This document shows positions 1-12,950 of a stretch of DNA of 64,000 nucleotides, in pieces. Origin of the DNA: Dicyema japonicum (taxonomy: Eukaryota; Animalia; Dicyemida). The stretch is taken from contig RDEW01000043.1 of NCBI GenBank assembly GCA_011109175.1, positions 186,001 to 250,000 on the forward strand, in the 5' to 3' direction. The notes under the pieces are model-generated. The model was not told the DNA's origin, searched no databases, and saw only the letters and a program-made list of their open reading frames with translations. How positions within the stretch are numbered: the first letter of the stretch is position 1; every line of letters starts with the position of its first letter. The translations under genes and the position numbers were made by a program.

Positions 1-1648
1 GACAAAGGAACGCAAATTGTGGACCAAATGGAAGTGGCTGAAATTATCGCTGCCCACTTTGGAAAACTTTTTGACCCAAGGAACGACACTATCAACCTAG
101 AACGAGGAAAATTGGACGAGGAAATCACACCATATGAAGTTGAACTTGCGAGTTCCAAGTTGAAAAACAACAGGACTCCTGGCCCCGACGGACTCGCTGG
201 TGAATTCTTCAAATATGGAACCCAAAAGCTGTATGAATGCATCGCTAGGATCCTGAATGAAATGTACTATTATGGTCACACGCTGACCCTGGGAGAGGGT
301 ATCTTGATACCTGTACATAAGGCGAATAAACCAAGATCTAAGGTGGAGAACCTCCGTCCGGTCATATTAATGAATTCACTTCGGAAAATTCTGGCGAACA
401 TAACATTACAAAGGATGGAAGGACGCCTAGATACTTTTCTGTCGCCATACCACAGCGGATTCCGAAAAGGAAGATCTACTTCCGATGTTTTGTGGTCCCA
501 CAAGTGGAGATCTGCGGCCGTTCAAAAGTTCAAAATGTCTACAACCATCCTCGGAATCGACATTTCGAGGGCCTTCGACTCTGTCGACAGACGGAGGCTA
601 ATACTGGTTTTGGAAAGTTTCCTAGACGCTTCACTGTCAGAATGGCCACCACCCTCCTAGCTGATACTTGGCTCACTGTAAGAGTCGGGGGAGCCTTGTC
701 TCGCCGATTTGAGACGACTGTTGGCACTCCACAGGGAGACCCATTATCACCTATACTTTTTGTCATATACCTTGAAGCTGCTTTACGGGAGTCAAAACCG
801 ATAATGGGTGAAAAGACAAACATTATTGCGTATGCTGACGACGTAGACTTTATTTCAAATGACAAAATACCGCTCACCCGCTTGATGGAAGAAGTGTCTG
901 GAAGACTAGCCGAATGGTTCCTAACAGTAAATCCGGACAAGACTGACGTAACTGAACTCAAGAGGGAAGAAACAAGGACGGAGGAGTACTGGCGCAAATG
1001 CAAAAAGCTTGGCTCCCTCCTAGGAGACCATGAAGAAATTACGAGAAGGAAAACCCTAGCACAAACTGCCCTCTCCAGATTAAAGAACATCTGGCTTCAC
1101 AAAAAGGGCCTTGACATTATAACAAAAACTCGATTATACAACTCGCTAGTGAAACCCATACTACTATATAACGCTGGTACCTGGGCCTGCTCAAGAAATG
1201 AACTGAAGAGGCTTAATGCGTTTCATAGAGACCAACTACGGCATATGATGTTCGAAAGAAGTGATACGAGGATGTCATCTAATCTTCTCTATAAGAGGAC
1301 GAAGACCTCAGAAATTTCTAATGAGATTCTGGATACACGATGGAGGCTTTTCGGCCATATTCTGCGACTGGACCTAGATGCCCCCGCGAACGTAGCCATG
1401 GAGGATTACTTCATGTTGGAGGCCCCCCGTTTCCGTGGTCGCCCAAGGACGACACTGGCAGTCGTTCTCGACGAGGACCTCAAAGAAATGGGACGGCATC
1501 TTGCAAGTGGAGAGGATCTGGACTGGTTGCGCGCTGCGGCTTTGAATAGGAGGAAGTGGATGAAACTAACCAGTGATTTGCTAACTCGTGTTGCACATGC
1601 TTTGTCAAGTCCTATGACATAGCGATAAGTGCTTAAATAATAATAATT
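1..1648 (+). mobile_element. RTE-like non-LTR retrotransposon (RT region and 3' end; runs off the window start)
   Basis: ORFs 19-660 and 492-1622 join across a 1-nt frameshift near 639 (ctgtc where ctggtc is expected). RT motifs PGPDG, GIDISRAFD, GTPQGDPLSP, YADD; C-terminal WRLFGH..RGRP; 3' stem-loop 1593-1632 then (TAA)n tail. Confidence 0.9.
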
Positions 1649-1689
1649 TCCATTCAGCTTAATCTCCTCCTCTTTGCCTCTAGGCACGA

Positions 1690-3200
1690 CGATAATGTTA
1701 CATTCGTTTTTATCAGGCTGTGAGTTTTCTAGGAATCGTCAAGGAAGTCATTCCATATTTGTTCTCTATACGCATTCTCTCCAAGGTTTTCTTGATGACG
1801 GTTGATTGAATATATGCTCGAGTTGGCGCCTCAACCTTCAGACAATTGTTATGATGTTTGTAGAATTTGCTCACAATACCATCCCATGCTAGTACGATTG
1901 GTACAATATTAACTTTAGCATTGTGGATAGATGCCAATTAATTTGCAAATCATATTTTTGTAATTTTTCGACCTCGACTTGTTTCAACGCCTGTTGAGAG
2001 GTGTTTCCCACTTCGATGAGCATAATTAAGTTTGCCGTTTTTTCTAGTAAAAAAATATCTTATTTTTTGTTCTGCACTTTCGTATCTGTACAGATTGCTG
2101 TATCCACTCGAATCTCGACTGATTAATTCACAACTACTGATTGCACAGAATGTGTTTTCAGTTTCTTGGATTTTTTATTCCGTATTGTCGGCATAGATGC
2201 AAATGTAGCATCTGACAATTTCGTTATGACGTCGGAGATAGTCGCTATTCAGCAATCTACCACATCTTTTTGCCAAGTGGTCAACAGTTATCTTGGCTGA
2301 GTTGCAGTAGCTGCAGCTGACCCCAGGGTTATCGAAGAATAGGTTTCAGTCTTGTGATAGACACAGCATCCCTTCACATCTGGAGGAGTTGTTCCCATGC
2401 GATAGCCAAAGGGAAGATTCCGTGATGTCGATATTTAAATTACTCAGACAGTGGAATAGGACTCCATGTAGCTTCTTTTTCTAAATTTCTTTGATTTTCT
2501 TTTAATAGGAGGAGACTGAGAATATCAGGCCTTTGAGTTTCAAATTTTCGGCATAGAAATTCTGCGATTGTGACATGTGTGTTATTTTTTTGATTTGATA
2601 ACCCGAGAATCCCCGACTTCCTCAATAGATTCCAATCCCCTTCCAAGTTGGTTTCTTGGTATATAAAGTCTTTCTTTATTCGCTGGTTTCAGGTGAATCC
2701 GATGATGCACAAGGATTTTGCGTATGCTTTTGTCAGTCAGTTCATATTCAGTTGGTTCGATGTCAATTAGTCTGATGTAATAATAATACAATGATAAGCC
2801 ATGTTCGTTTATATCTTTAAACGAGATCCATTTGAGCAATGAGACACACAGGTTTGGATTTCACCAAGTTCTTCAAGTTTGCTACAGACTTCAACTTATG
2901 AAATTTATAATTAAAGGTTTTCGTTATTAAAGGCCATCCTTCTCGAGGTAATCTTCCAAAACTTGTCTTGGATACTCGGAAAACTTCAAACACACACTCA
3001 ACTATGTCCTCCTTATTCACGATAATCGCCTGGAGAGATATGATATTAGTTCGGATCTCCGGTAGGGAATTTTAATCAATTTCTTGTACTCCGAACAGCC
3101 CCGAACCACTTCGCCTGCGTTCTCATTGTTTTGTCCACCGGTTCATTCACAGGAAGGTCCGTAGGAAATATCAACTCTTATTAGTAGAAACAAACGTGTT
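1690..3200 (-). mobile_element. R4-like RLE-type non-LTR retrotransposon, internally deleted and degenerate
   Basis: Minus-strand fragments RKILVHHRIHLKPANKERLYIPRNQLGRGL (2582-2839), CSYC..TVDHLAKRC..DYLRRHNEIVR zinc knuckle (about 2200-2340) and IVPIVLAWDGIVSKF (1713-1937). Confidence 0.75.
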
Positions 3201-3265
3201 CAACAGCACAAGAATTATTAATAAATTAAACGATATTTAGATTAATTAGAGAATAATTAACAAAA

Positions 3266-3337
3266 CCCGAGGTAGCTCAGGGGTAGAGTGGGAGACTGTA
3301 GTTCTCTAGGTCCCCGGTTCGAATCCGGGTCTTGGGA
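3266..3337 (+). tRNA. tRNA-Tyr(GTA), intronless
   Basis: Full cloverleaf: CCCGAGG/TCTTGGG acceptor, GCTC/GAGT D arm, GGAGA-CTGTAGT-TCTCT anticodon arm, CCCGG-TTCGAAT-CCGGG T arm; T-run terminator follows. Confidence 0.92.
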
Positions 3338-3344
3338 TTTAATT

Positions 3345-3480
3345 TTTAAAGACAATTATTTAACAAGGAAACAAATGTTAGTTGAGGAAGCCGGCTGTGT
3401 GGATCGCGAACGAGTTCCCTCTGAATGAGGTCATTCCAATCTTTTGTCTCAGCCATAACCCTTCTCGCTGATCCCTTTTA
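3345..3480 (-). mobile_element. CRE-like element, short 3'-end fragment
   Basis: KRDQREGLWLRQKIGM..RGNSFAIHTAGFLN*; nearly identical to 37840-38045. Confidence 0.8.
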
Positions 3481-3519
3481 AAATGTAAATATTTTTCAAA
3501 TGTAAATGTATATAAGGCA

Positions 3520-3930
3520 CAAACTCTGAATGAGATTGTCAAGCGGGCTATGGATGCTGCTGAATACTCAGCCATTCTTGAACCGGTCGGGTTATGCAGA
3601 AGTGACGGGAAACGACCGGATGGGATGACCATATTTCCCTTTGAGGCTGGAAAACCACTTATTTGGGACGTGACATGTACAGACACGTTCGCCCGAACAA
3701 TCTTCACGAATGCGCTTCAAGGGTCTGCTCTGCAGCCGTCAAGGCGGAGAAGGCCAAACTCGAAAAATACGTCGACCTTCCCGATAATGTCAAATTTGTT
3801 CCCCTTGCTATGGAGACTTCCGGATCCTACTCCCCCTCTACACTCGAGTTTTTCAGACGTCTCGGAAACCGGATCACTTCGTGCACTGGAGATCTCCGAG
3901 CGATCGCAATTCTGAGAGGGAACAGCCTTA
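3520..3930 (+). mobile_element. CRE-like element, RLE endonuclease fragment
   Basis: LEPVGLCRSDGKRPDGMTIFPFEAGKPLIWDVTCTDT, homologous to the C-terminus of ORF 15211-18114. Confidence 0.85.
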
Positions 3931-4059
3931 TGTTTTTTAATAAAAAAAATATTAAAAAAAACTATAATAGGCAATAAATAGGCGAGGTAAATCTCAAGAA
4001 GGGATCCTCCAAAACGATAGCATGTCCCCGCTGCTCTTCGTTCTCTGTTGGAACCATTG

Positions 4060-4420
4060 AGCCGCCGCTTCAATTAACGGGTTGAGCAAATACCGGTTCA
4101 TTGTGAGGGTATTTGTTTCAGTACAAATCATTTTTTTATTGATGACTTGAAGATTTATGCTCGAAAAACCAAGGAGCTCTACTCCACGGGGGTCTGTGCC
4201 AGGGAGTTTTTAAAGATTATAGGACTAGATTTGAACTTTAGTAAGAGTTATAAAGGAAAACAAAGAATATAAGTATCTTGGTGCTACCGAAACTCCAAAA
4301 TACCTTATCATGCTTGAGACAGTGACAAGTTACTGAAGGCATTCATAGAAGGGTATCTTTGTTATGTAAGAATGCAAGGAATTTGTTCCTACCATTAAAT
4401 GATTATGTTATCTAGCTGCT
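4060..4420 (+). mobile_element. Degenerate R4-like RT fragment
   Basis: NHFFIDDLKIY-like RT catalytic motif near 4125-4160; heavily disrupted. Confidence 0.45.
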
Positions 4421-5499
4421 ACTACATAGGTGTTGTGGAGTTTGAGACCAGAGGATGATGAGATTGGTGTTATGATCCGTGGAGTACTCAGAGAAAACCA
4501 TGTCCATTGGTGGCAGCCAATAAGAAGAGACTATATTAACCCCGTGAGAAATTCGACTGTGGACTAGTAGTCCAAATGAGTGAGCGTGTCCTAATACGAA
4601 TGCACAACATCTTGATAACTGGGTCAAGTGTATCTGCTAGGAAGCACGCCATAACAACGACCAAGTAAACAAGGGCAACTATCAAACCTTTTTTGTCTGC
4701 TAAGTTTGGTGTTGATTAGTAAATGTGAAGGCGTTGATCGAATTACAAAATAATAATTTAATTGAAAGGATCTTTTGGGTAACCCACATTAAGTCATCGA
4801 CAACATGGCTAAAATACGGTGACAACTCACCTTGATTTGATGTGTTGGGTAGAGGGATCAATTAGACAATACACTCTCGGAGTTGTTTCAGCAACAAGAA
4901 TCGAACCTTCTTGAGGAAAGGTGGGGAATAGACATGAGAGGAAAGTTACCAGTCTCATCCAAGGCCCCCTTTTATGCTAGTTCTCTTATTTCATCGATAT
5001 TGTCGGTCAGTTTTAGTTTTCTGTCTACACCTTTTCATTTAACATGGATGGTAGAGTTTTCCTGAGCCTTCCTCGAAATAATCGCATTCTTCCATTAAAT
5101 ATTTTTCCGATTTGCTGGTACAGTCCGTCCACAAAAAGTTACCCAACAGTTTCCATCTCGATATTGGTTTTGTGTACATAGTTTGTATAATGTTTACTTT
5201 ATTGATCTTCAAATCGTATATTGAGTCGCTTCCTAAGCATGATGAGGTGAAAGCTGTCAATCCACGACAAAACATTTGTATACTTTTAGATTTACTTTTT
5301 CACTAAGATTTCTACCCGAACGCCATATCTTTACTAGCGCCATATCGTTTCTTAAAAAAACTAGAGGAAAGGATCTTTCCGTCGGGCTACTTCTTCAACA
5401 TTCCCCAAAACGATCCGACCTTCTTATGTATTCTCCTTTTTGGACGGCTGAATGAAGTAAACTCTGCTTTTTCAATGTTTATCTTTAAGAACCAAACTT

Positions 5500-5660
5500 A
5501 TTTTTATTTATTTAAAACCAAGAATCACCGACAAAATAAAAGAGAGTGGGGGACGTCAGGTGATCCCGGCCTTTCTCGGTGCTCTCCCGAGAGCCGACAC
5601 ACTTCCTGTATAGACGAATAATTTTTCGGAAGTTTTGAGGTTTCAACTGGGCTCCGATTT
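5500..5660 (-). mobile_element. Vingi/Ingi-like LINE, short 3'-end fragment
   Basis: 3' stem GGGATCACC...GGTGATTCT followed by TGG and an A-rich tail, as in the other Vingi-like 3' ends of this window. Confidence 0.6.
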
Positions 5661-5812
5661 TTGGTTGGTTATTTATTTATTTATTAAAAACAAAAAAACA
5701 AATTAAAAACTTTTATAATTAATTATTAATGTAATTAAAATAATAAAAATTGTTTTTTTGTGGTAAACCAAATTAAACAATAATTAACAAAGTTGATTAA
5801 ATCTAGGTTTTT

Positions 5813-6360
5813 ATGGTAATTAGTTAATTAAAATTTTAGAATAATCTAACTGACGATGAGCATGCAGGTAAATTTTAAGAAAAAAAATCTTCTAGAATTC
5901 AGAGAGGCCTTCGAACTCTTCGACAAGGACGGGGACGGGACAATAACAACGAGTGAACTGGGTACAGTGATGAGATCCCTCGGACAGAACCCAACTAATG
6001 CTGAACTCCAGGACATGATAAACGAAGTGGACACAGATTGTATGATAAATATTGGTAAAAACAAAAGGCAACGGGACAATTGACTTTAATGAGTTTTTGT
6101 CTATGATGAAGAAAACTACGGATGGCAACAACAACTCCTCTGAGCTTATGGAGGCATTCCAAGTCTTTGATACAAACAATGATGGATTAATAAGCTTTGA
6201 TGAACTGAAAAATGTAATGAACAATCTAGGGGAAAACTGCACTGACGACGAGTTGACCGAGATGCTGGCGGAGGCTGATTTGGACGGTGATGGACAAGTG
6301 AATTATGATGGTCTGAGTTTGGTTATTGTAGAATTTGTCAGGATGATGAATGACAAGTAA
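5813..6360 (+). CDS. CaM: Calmodulin, 5 exons: 5813-5815, 5840-5867, 5896-6039, 6068-6310, 6332-6360
   Basis: Spliced product [28 protein letters not shown]...EFVRMMNDK with four EF-hands. Introns of 24, 28, 28 and 21 nt at conserved animal calmodulin positions (after ATG; 144-nt exon 3). Confidence 0.95.
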
Positions 6361-6507
6361 ATGGCTAACAATGACTAACCTTTTAATTATTATTTATTTG
6401 TTATAGAATTTAGTTAATTAGTATGACGGCTTTTTTGGTTTTATTATTATCCTAATTGACATTTTTTAAAGTTTGGGTAAACGGCCATTAATATAGGTCA
6501 AACTTGC

Positions 6508-6822
6508 TAATAATAATAATAAAGCCTTTTCACGAGAGCCATAGTATTTTATAGCTCCGCATAGGCAGGACACACACTTTATTTAATTTTAACTAATCGT
6601 AGAACCAAGGAATGATCTTCACTTCTTTTTTTCTTTTTTTTGTGTCAGTGTCCTTTCTAGACAATCCAGTTCCGCAGTGAGTATTTACTGATGACGGCGT
6701 CACTCGTCAAACCCTTTTGGCATCGTAGATGCGTGGAACCTTCCACCAGGTGAACAGCAGCAAGAATCGAACCCTTGACCTAAGCCACTTTAGTCCGACA
6801 CCTAACTACTAAGCCACCCGGC
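6508..6822 (-). mobile_element. tRNA-derived SINE family 1 (RTE-type tail)
   Basis: A box TGGCTTAGTAG and B box GGTTCGATTC in the head; body shared with 21123, 22656 and 37510; (ATT)n tail. Confidence 0.9.
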
Positions 6823-7450
6823 TAACACATTTTTAAAACTTCCTTTTCTCAGTCTACACCTAAAGGTGCCTCTCCTTACTAAATACTATAATTGTGCATC
6901 ATACAACATCATGGTGTTGAATACTATGAGTCTCACCTGAAATTTGCAAAAAATATCAAAACCTTCTTTTATTGTGGAAAGTACACTTAAATGTGAACTC
7001 TAAGTGAACTCAATACTCTAGGCATTAGAATAATACTTAAGCTGACTAAAAACATAGAATTCACACTTTCAATATTTTGCATCCTCTGACACTCAACAAC
7101 TCCACAAATTATCCCAGAGTACAAGGGCGTCAGAATAACAAAATTGATTGGCTGATAAAAATATTAAACATGGTAGAACACATTGATTTTGTAATAAAAA
7201 ATGAACGTTAATGTTGTACCCTGGAAATCCAGTTACATAGTTCCAAGGATATTCCCACTTTGATGAGGATGCATCATAGGGCATCATGCCAGACATACTT
7301 GAACATTCTCTCATATCAAACAAGAGTGTCACTTTCATATTTGCATGAAGTAAAATATGAGAGCCCAAACTTTGTCACAAGATTGCTCTTCAAAATTTGT
7401 TTAACATTTTCTGAGGTTTTAGAACCACCCAAACGAAACAAAATAAGCGG

Positions 7451-7785
7451 GAACAAATCCTTTCCGACAACCTCCAAAAATCAGGTCTGACAAAGTTAAC
7501 CCTTTTGCAAACCCTTTTCACCTCTCCTGATTTAAAAGATAATCATTTTGAGTCCAATTTTTCAAACCTGAATATTGACCGCATTCTCATTAGTCCTTTT
7601 CTAATTAATATTTTACTTAAATCAGGCTGTTATGCACATGCTTTATTGGCATGGGGACGAGCTATGAAGTTTGTCTTGTAATCATTTTCAATGCCCACAA
7701 AGGAGGCCACTAATTCAATGAAAACTTTCCCTTGAAGAATTTTTGCCCTCTCTGATTTTCGGAGGTTATCGGAAAGGATTTGTTC
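7451..7785. repeat. 34-bp inverted repeat pair (7451-7484 and 7752-7785)
   Basis: GAACAAATCCTTTCCGACAACCTCCAAAAATCAG versus the reverse complement of CTGATTTTCGGAGGTTATCGGAAAGGATTTGTTC; two mismatches. Confidence 0.75.
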
Positions 7786-7854
7786 ATATATGCAGGATAT
7801 TTTTATCCACTTGCAGCTTAAGAATAATATAATATATAATAACAGTTTTTTCCG

Positions 7855-7905
7855 AGAGCATTTATAGCTCCGCATAGGCAGGACACACACTTTATTTAAG
7901 TAAAA
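7855..7905 (-). mobile_element. SINE family 1, 3' fragment
   Basis: atagctccgcataggcaggacacacacttt is identical to the SINE1 3' region. Confidence 0.8.
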
Positions 7906-8169
7906 AACAGTTAATTAAGAAGCCTAAGAAGCCCTGTCGAATTTAGTAACAAACATGAATTTATATTTGATTATTTCATTAATCCTATTTTTAACCAATT
8001 TTGTGCATTTATTTTAATATTAGACAAATTTAATACCAATTAACTATTGGATTTGAATTTGTTGTTGTTGACATGGTGGTTTCTTTTTTTTGTAAGAAGA
8101 GAAAAAAAATATGTTTCATTCGACCTTTCTACGAAAATTATAAAAAATACGATTACTCATGTTGAAAAA

Positions 8170-8620
8170 AGGGATCAAAACTGCCTCAAGCAGGTCGAGG
8201 TAAAAAAAGTTCCACAAGTATGACCTACTGGCGAACGAACTTGAGATTATCCACCGCGCAAAGGTGAAAATAATCCCTGTGGTCATCACTTGGGATGGAA
8301 TTGTCTCCAGATTCTTCAAAGGCCACCTGGATGCCCTCAAGGTTGAGGAGAGGGTCAAAGCTTATATACAAACAGTAGTGCTACGAAGACTTTGGAGAGT
8401 ATGCAAGCTGAGGAGAGGCATGGAGAATCGATGCCTGTTGATGAGGAAGACGGCAGGGAATGTCAACCTAGGGTACTCTCTGAATATGGGGTGTGCAGCG
8501 ACGTGAACACGCCTATAAAGTCAATAGGAGTTGGCCCCGGGAAGATCGAGTTATACGGGCATATAAAAAAATTACTTTTACTTATTGTTTGATTAATAAA
8601 ACGAATTAACTATTTATTTC
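8170..8620 (+). mobile_element. R4-like element, 3' end
   Basis: KYDLLANEL..KIIPVVITWDGIVSRFFK..VKAYIQTVVL; homologous to 1713-1937. Confidence 0.75.
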
Positions 8621-8829
8621 AACAATAGAATCAATTTTTTGGTTCAATAAAATAAAAAAAATCAGACTTGAGCTGACAAAAAACAGTGAGCATTTTGATT
8701 CAAAGGCTAACATTATCTCCGTTTATTCTAATTGTTTTAATATTTATCACAAAATGGGGTAAGTATAATTGAGCTTTTCTGCTTAATCCTGCTTATTGAA
8801 GATTTTCTGTCTATAGAAGTTCATTAGCC

Positions 8830-10400
8830 CGAGGGCGATGCCGTTTATGGATGACTTTATCAGTAGGGAAGATATTCAATGCAACGTTTGTTCCCGGAGT
8901 AACAAGAGAAAGCTTGAGATCCATTGTTTTGATTGTTCCTTGTTCTTCCACCTTGGATGTGTCGGGTTGTCGAGAAAGTCTTTGAAACCTTTGTCTTCTT
9001 GGATTTTCCCCGACTGTTTAAGACCCAAAAAATTTGATTTCCTTACTGGATTTACTAAATCCCTCAATATGTCTGACCTTGTTTCTGGATCGTCCATCGA
9101 TCACCTTACGTCTGAACAGATTCTAATCTTGCGTCGAGGTTACGAATACAGAGACATATTCCTTTGAAGATCCCAAGGTCCGTGAGGGTGGCGGCAGCCG
9201 AGGCTCTTGCCCGAGCAATTGACAGGGCTCCCTTGTCTTTGGAGACCATGGATTGGATTTCCTTATTTCCCTTTCCCTTAATTGCACTCGGATTGGATTT
9301 TAATCGTCGACGAATTTCTACCGCTGCAAAAAAATCTATTCAGTCATTTGAGGATGGGAATCTTTCTATTTCTTCCCTCTCGAGAGTACCTTATCATGGA
9401 AACAAAAAATTTTATTTTTTCAATCAAACCGTTCTTTCAGTAACCCCTGAAGTCATTTCTTTTCTACGTTCTCAGTAAACCCTGAAGTCATTTCTCCTTC
9501 TCCATTGGATCTGAAAGAATTTTTCAATCCCATTGGACTGCCCCATCCCAGTTTGATTTAACGATCTGATGTAATGGCTGGGATCAAATCCTTCCCCCCC
9601 AGACGATAGCGGGGTATTAATGGTTTACTTCCTGGGCATATCAGAGACCTTTCGTCATTCTTAACTTTTGAGACGGGAGATCATCTTGTATCATAGTTAA
9701 CCAAACTTGTAAACCTGTGTACATCCAGGAATATCTCTTTCGTCACCAGTGAACTCTTTTTTTTTCCTTATTGTTACCCTTCTCCAAGCCTGGTGGCGAA
9801 GTCAGGCTTATTGCTGTCGGCAGCCTATTCCAAATACTTGTTTCAAAACTTTCGTGCTGGCGTGTCATCAATGAGCTGTCTTTCGAATTGAAACATGCAC
9901 AATGTTTTTGGCACGTTCCTCTCCTTGCTGCCTCTTTCTCGGAAAGCCTAAAGAAATTCAATATTCTGATCTCCAAGACTATTGAAGAAATTGTGAATAT
10001 AAATTTCGATAAATTGGATTGAAGCAAGCTTTTTACCCTCATATTTGGATATAGGCCTAATTTGTTTTGTGGACGTTTCCTTACCGTCCTTCATGTCCTC
10101 TTTGTCGTGGAACGCGTTACTCATCCGGGACATTCTTCCAGATTTCTGAAAGTCGGCTTTGGGCGACAAAATTGCTAATGGGTTGAAGAGCTGGTCAGTT
10201 GCCTTAGGGGAAACCATCTTGATACACACCTACTGAGAATCTGGACCAACATTCTGTACAAAAATACTCATTCGAACATTATGGAAACAGAAGACATGCA
10301 CCGTAGAGCTTGCATTCTGGTAGTCTCTTCCCCTCACAACTGTGCTTGCCTGAACGCGTTCCTATCATCGTCAATTGTTCCATTCTGAAACAAGACGCCC
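8830..10400 (+). mobile_element. Degenerate PHD-bearing CRE-like element
   Basis: PHD CNVC..CFDC..FHLGC..W; KIPRSVRVAAAEAL; PKPGGEVRLIAVG; many stops and deletions. Confidence 0.8.
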
Positions 10401-11510
10401 TCCGGAATCAGATATTTATCCGTCTCGGGAAAACTTAATTCTATTTCCATTAAAGTTGTGATCCTAGTATTAACTTAAATTTGTATTAATGATTACTGGC
10501 TGTGACCAAGCCAACTGCTATTTTTCAGTTAAGTAACTTAGTTCCAAACAATTGAAATTACTTGTTACATGTCATTGGTATGATAAATGGAGTGTCTCAT
10601 AGTTGTCAAGATCTCTCAAATGTAAATTGAACAAAGCGGAGATTTTCGGTACTCCGTTTGGAAAAAAAGGAATGAGCAAGATATTTTTTACCAACCAAGT
10701 TTTCTAGGAAGTATATTTGTTAGCCATTTTTGGAAGTGAAGAGGAATTTTAAGANGAATATAAATTTCGATAAATTGGATTGAAGCAAGCTTTTTACTCT
10801 CATATTTGGATATAGGCCTAATTTGTTTTGTGGACGTTTCCTTACCATCCTTCATGTTTTCTTTGTCGTGGAACGCGTTACTCACCTGGGACATTCTTCC
10901 AGATTTCTGAAAGTCGGCTTTGGGCGACAAAATTGCTAATGGGTTGAAGAGCTGGTCAGTTGCCTTAGGGGAAACCATCTTGATACACACCTACTGCGAA
11001 TCTGGACCAACATTCTGTACAAAAATACTATTCGAACATTATGGAAACAAAAGACATGTACCGTAGAGCTTGCATTCTGGTAGTCTCTTCCCCTCACAAC
11101 TGTACTTGCCTGAACGCGTTCCCATCATCGTCAATTGTTTCCTTCTGAAACAAGACGCCCTCCGGAATCAGATATCTATCCGTCTCGGGAAAACTTAATT
11201 CTATTTCCATTAAATTTGTGATCCTAGTACTAACTTAAATTTGTATTCATGATTACTGGCTGTGACCAAGCCAACTGCTATTTTTCAGTTAAGTAAATTG
11301 GTTCCAAACAATTGAAATTACTTGTTACATGTCATTGGTATGATAAATGGAGTGTCTCATAGTTGTCAAGATCTCTCAAATGTGAATTGAACAAAACAGA
11401 GATTTTCGGTACTCCGTTTGGAAAAAAAGGAATGAGCAAGATATTTTTTACCAACCAAGTTTGCTAGGAAGTATATTTGTTAGCCATTTTTGGAAGTGAA
11501 GAGGAATTTT
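9995..11510. repeat. Tandem duplication of about 760 bp (9995-10752 and 10756-11510)
   Basis: Two highly similar units; the single N of the window (10755) lies at the junction. Confidence 0.85.
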
Positions 11511-11906
11511 AGACAAAAGAATTACTAAGAACCCTACGTTAGATCAATTTTTAATCATGATTGTAATTATTGAAACCGCCAGCGATATACTGAGTGACGA
11601 TAGAAAAATTCGTGGATGTTGAGTGTCAGGGACGAAAACCATGTTGTCCCGACATAACATATAATTTAGATCGATTTTATTTCATCCAGCCTACATCAAA
11701 GTAACCACAAAATTATTAAGTTGATCTTCCTTTACCGGTGTGAATATATTTTTGTAATTGTACAGCAAAATTGATTGATTACTCCTGTTAACTAATAAAA
11801 GTTTAAGATAATGGTGATATAATCAACTAATGGACTATCGTTGAGTTACTAATTCCTACCAATTTGATTAAAATTAACAAAAACAATTCATGAACGAAAA
11901 ACCAAA

Positions 11907-12747
11907 TTAATCCAATTCCATCAAAATCTTTCCAATCTCATCAGAACTCAAACGATAAAACTGATCAGTAACATACGCAATCTATCAATCACACATCACC
12001 CCACCTCTATATTAGTCTCAGTGATTGTCTCTTGCATGACCTGTTTCAGTATCTTCGCAGCCATCCTTATGGTCTCATCCAGCCCCTTATTCTCGTTGTA
12101 GTTCTCCGCCAAGTAACTGTTGGCTCCGTCAGATCCCGCCCCAATGGAAATAGCGTTATACTCAAGGTAATTCCCCGAAGGGTCCAAGAGGTAACTGAGA
12201 TCAATAAGACTACTACAGTTGTAGACCGTCCTTTCCAGCGGATGCCATTAGAATCGCCACTCCGTAAGGTCGACTCTAAAATCATTGAAAAGACAACCAT
12301 TTTCCGTTTTTCCTCCTCTTCCATAGAAAATGCCATCATCTGTTTGCTTACAACCTCTGCCAACATTGCAGGAGAAATCTTCTCTCCGAAGCTCAAACAA
12401 TGGTTTACAGCCTCCGAGCGGGCACGGTCCACGATCAAACGAAAATCAGCCATGAGACCACTCACAGAAAAAACTGAAATCACAGATCATTAAATTACCG
12501 ATAACGTTGTCAATTTTAACAATTTTTTCTATACTAGAAGGGATTATCAACTTTGAGGGGATCTTCTTTTCCGCGATCAAGACGATTCCCTCGTGACACT
12601 TCACACCAATCACAGTGCTTCCAAGCTGATGGTGAGGCACTATGGTCATACCTTGACAGATTCAATAGCGTACTCTATTTGGTAGATTCTCCCTTCTGGA
12701 GAGAAGGTGTTAACACCGCGGTCGTATTCTCCTTGAAAACCACGCAT
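11907..12747 (-). CDS. PSMA5: 20S proteasome subunit alpha-5, 6 exons
   Basis: Spliced [32 protein letters not shown]|LGSTVIG...SRPYGVAIL...[16 protein letters not shown]...ELD*; GT-AG introns of 26, 25, 22, 22 and 23 nt; open frame. Confidence 0.93.
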
Positions 12748-12950
12748 TTCTAGCAATTATTAAAATATAAATTATTGAAATCGCTTTTTTATATAAAACA
12801 CACACAAGAAGAGAAGACAGCGTTTTTATTTTTAAATTTAAATAATTCAATAAATTTACTTATTTTTATTTTCAAAAAATGATAACAGTTCAAATTAGCG
12901 TTAAAATTAATGTATTATCATTTACTTTGGTTGAACTCGTATTATTTATA

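Noticed and set aside
6670-6720. Hammerhead ribozyme in SINE1 antisense (CTGATGA...)
   Set aside because: The required GAAA after stem II is TCAAA in all copies, and the segment folds as a simple hairpin in the sense strand.
9995-11510. Biologically meaningful tandem duplication
   Set aside because: An N at the junction and very similar units point to uncollapsed haplotypes or a scaffolding overlap; content is TE debris.
5813-12747. Ciliate-type genetic code (TAA/TAG = Gln), suggested by the tiny introns
   Set aside because: Spliced genes have no internal TAA/TAG and end on TAA, TAG or TGA; exon structures are metazoan.
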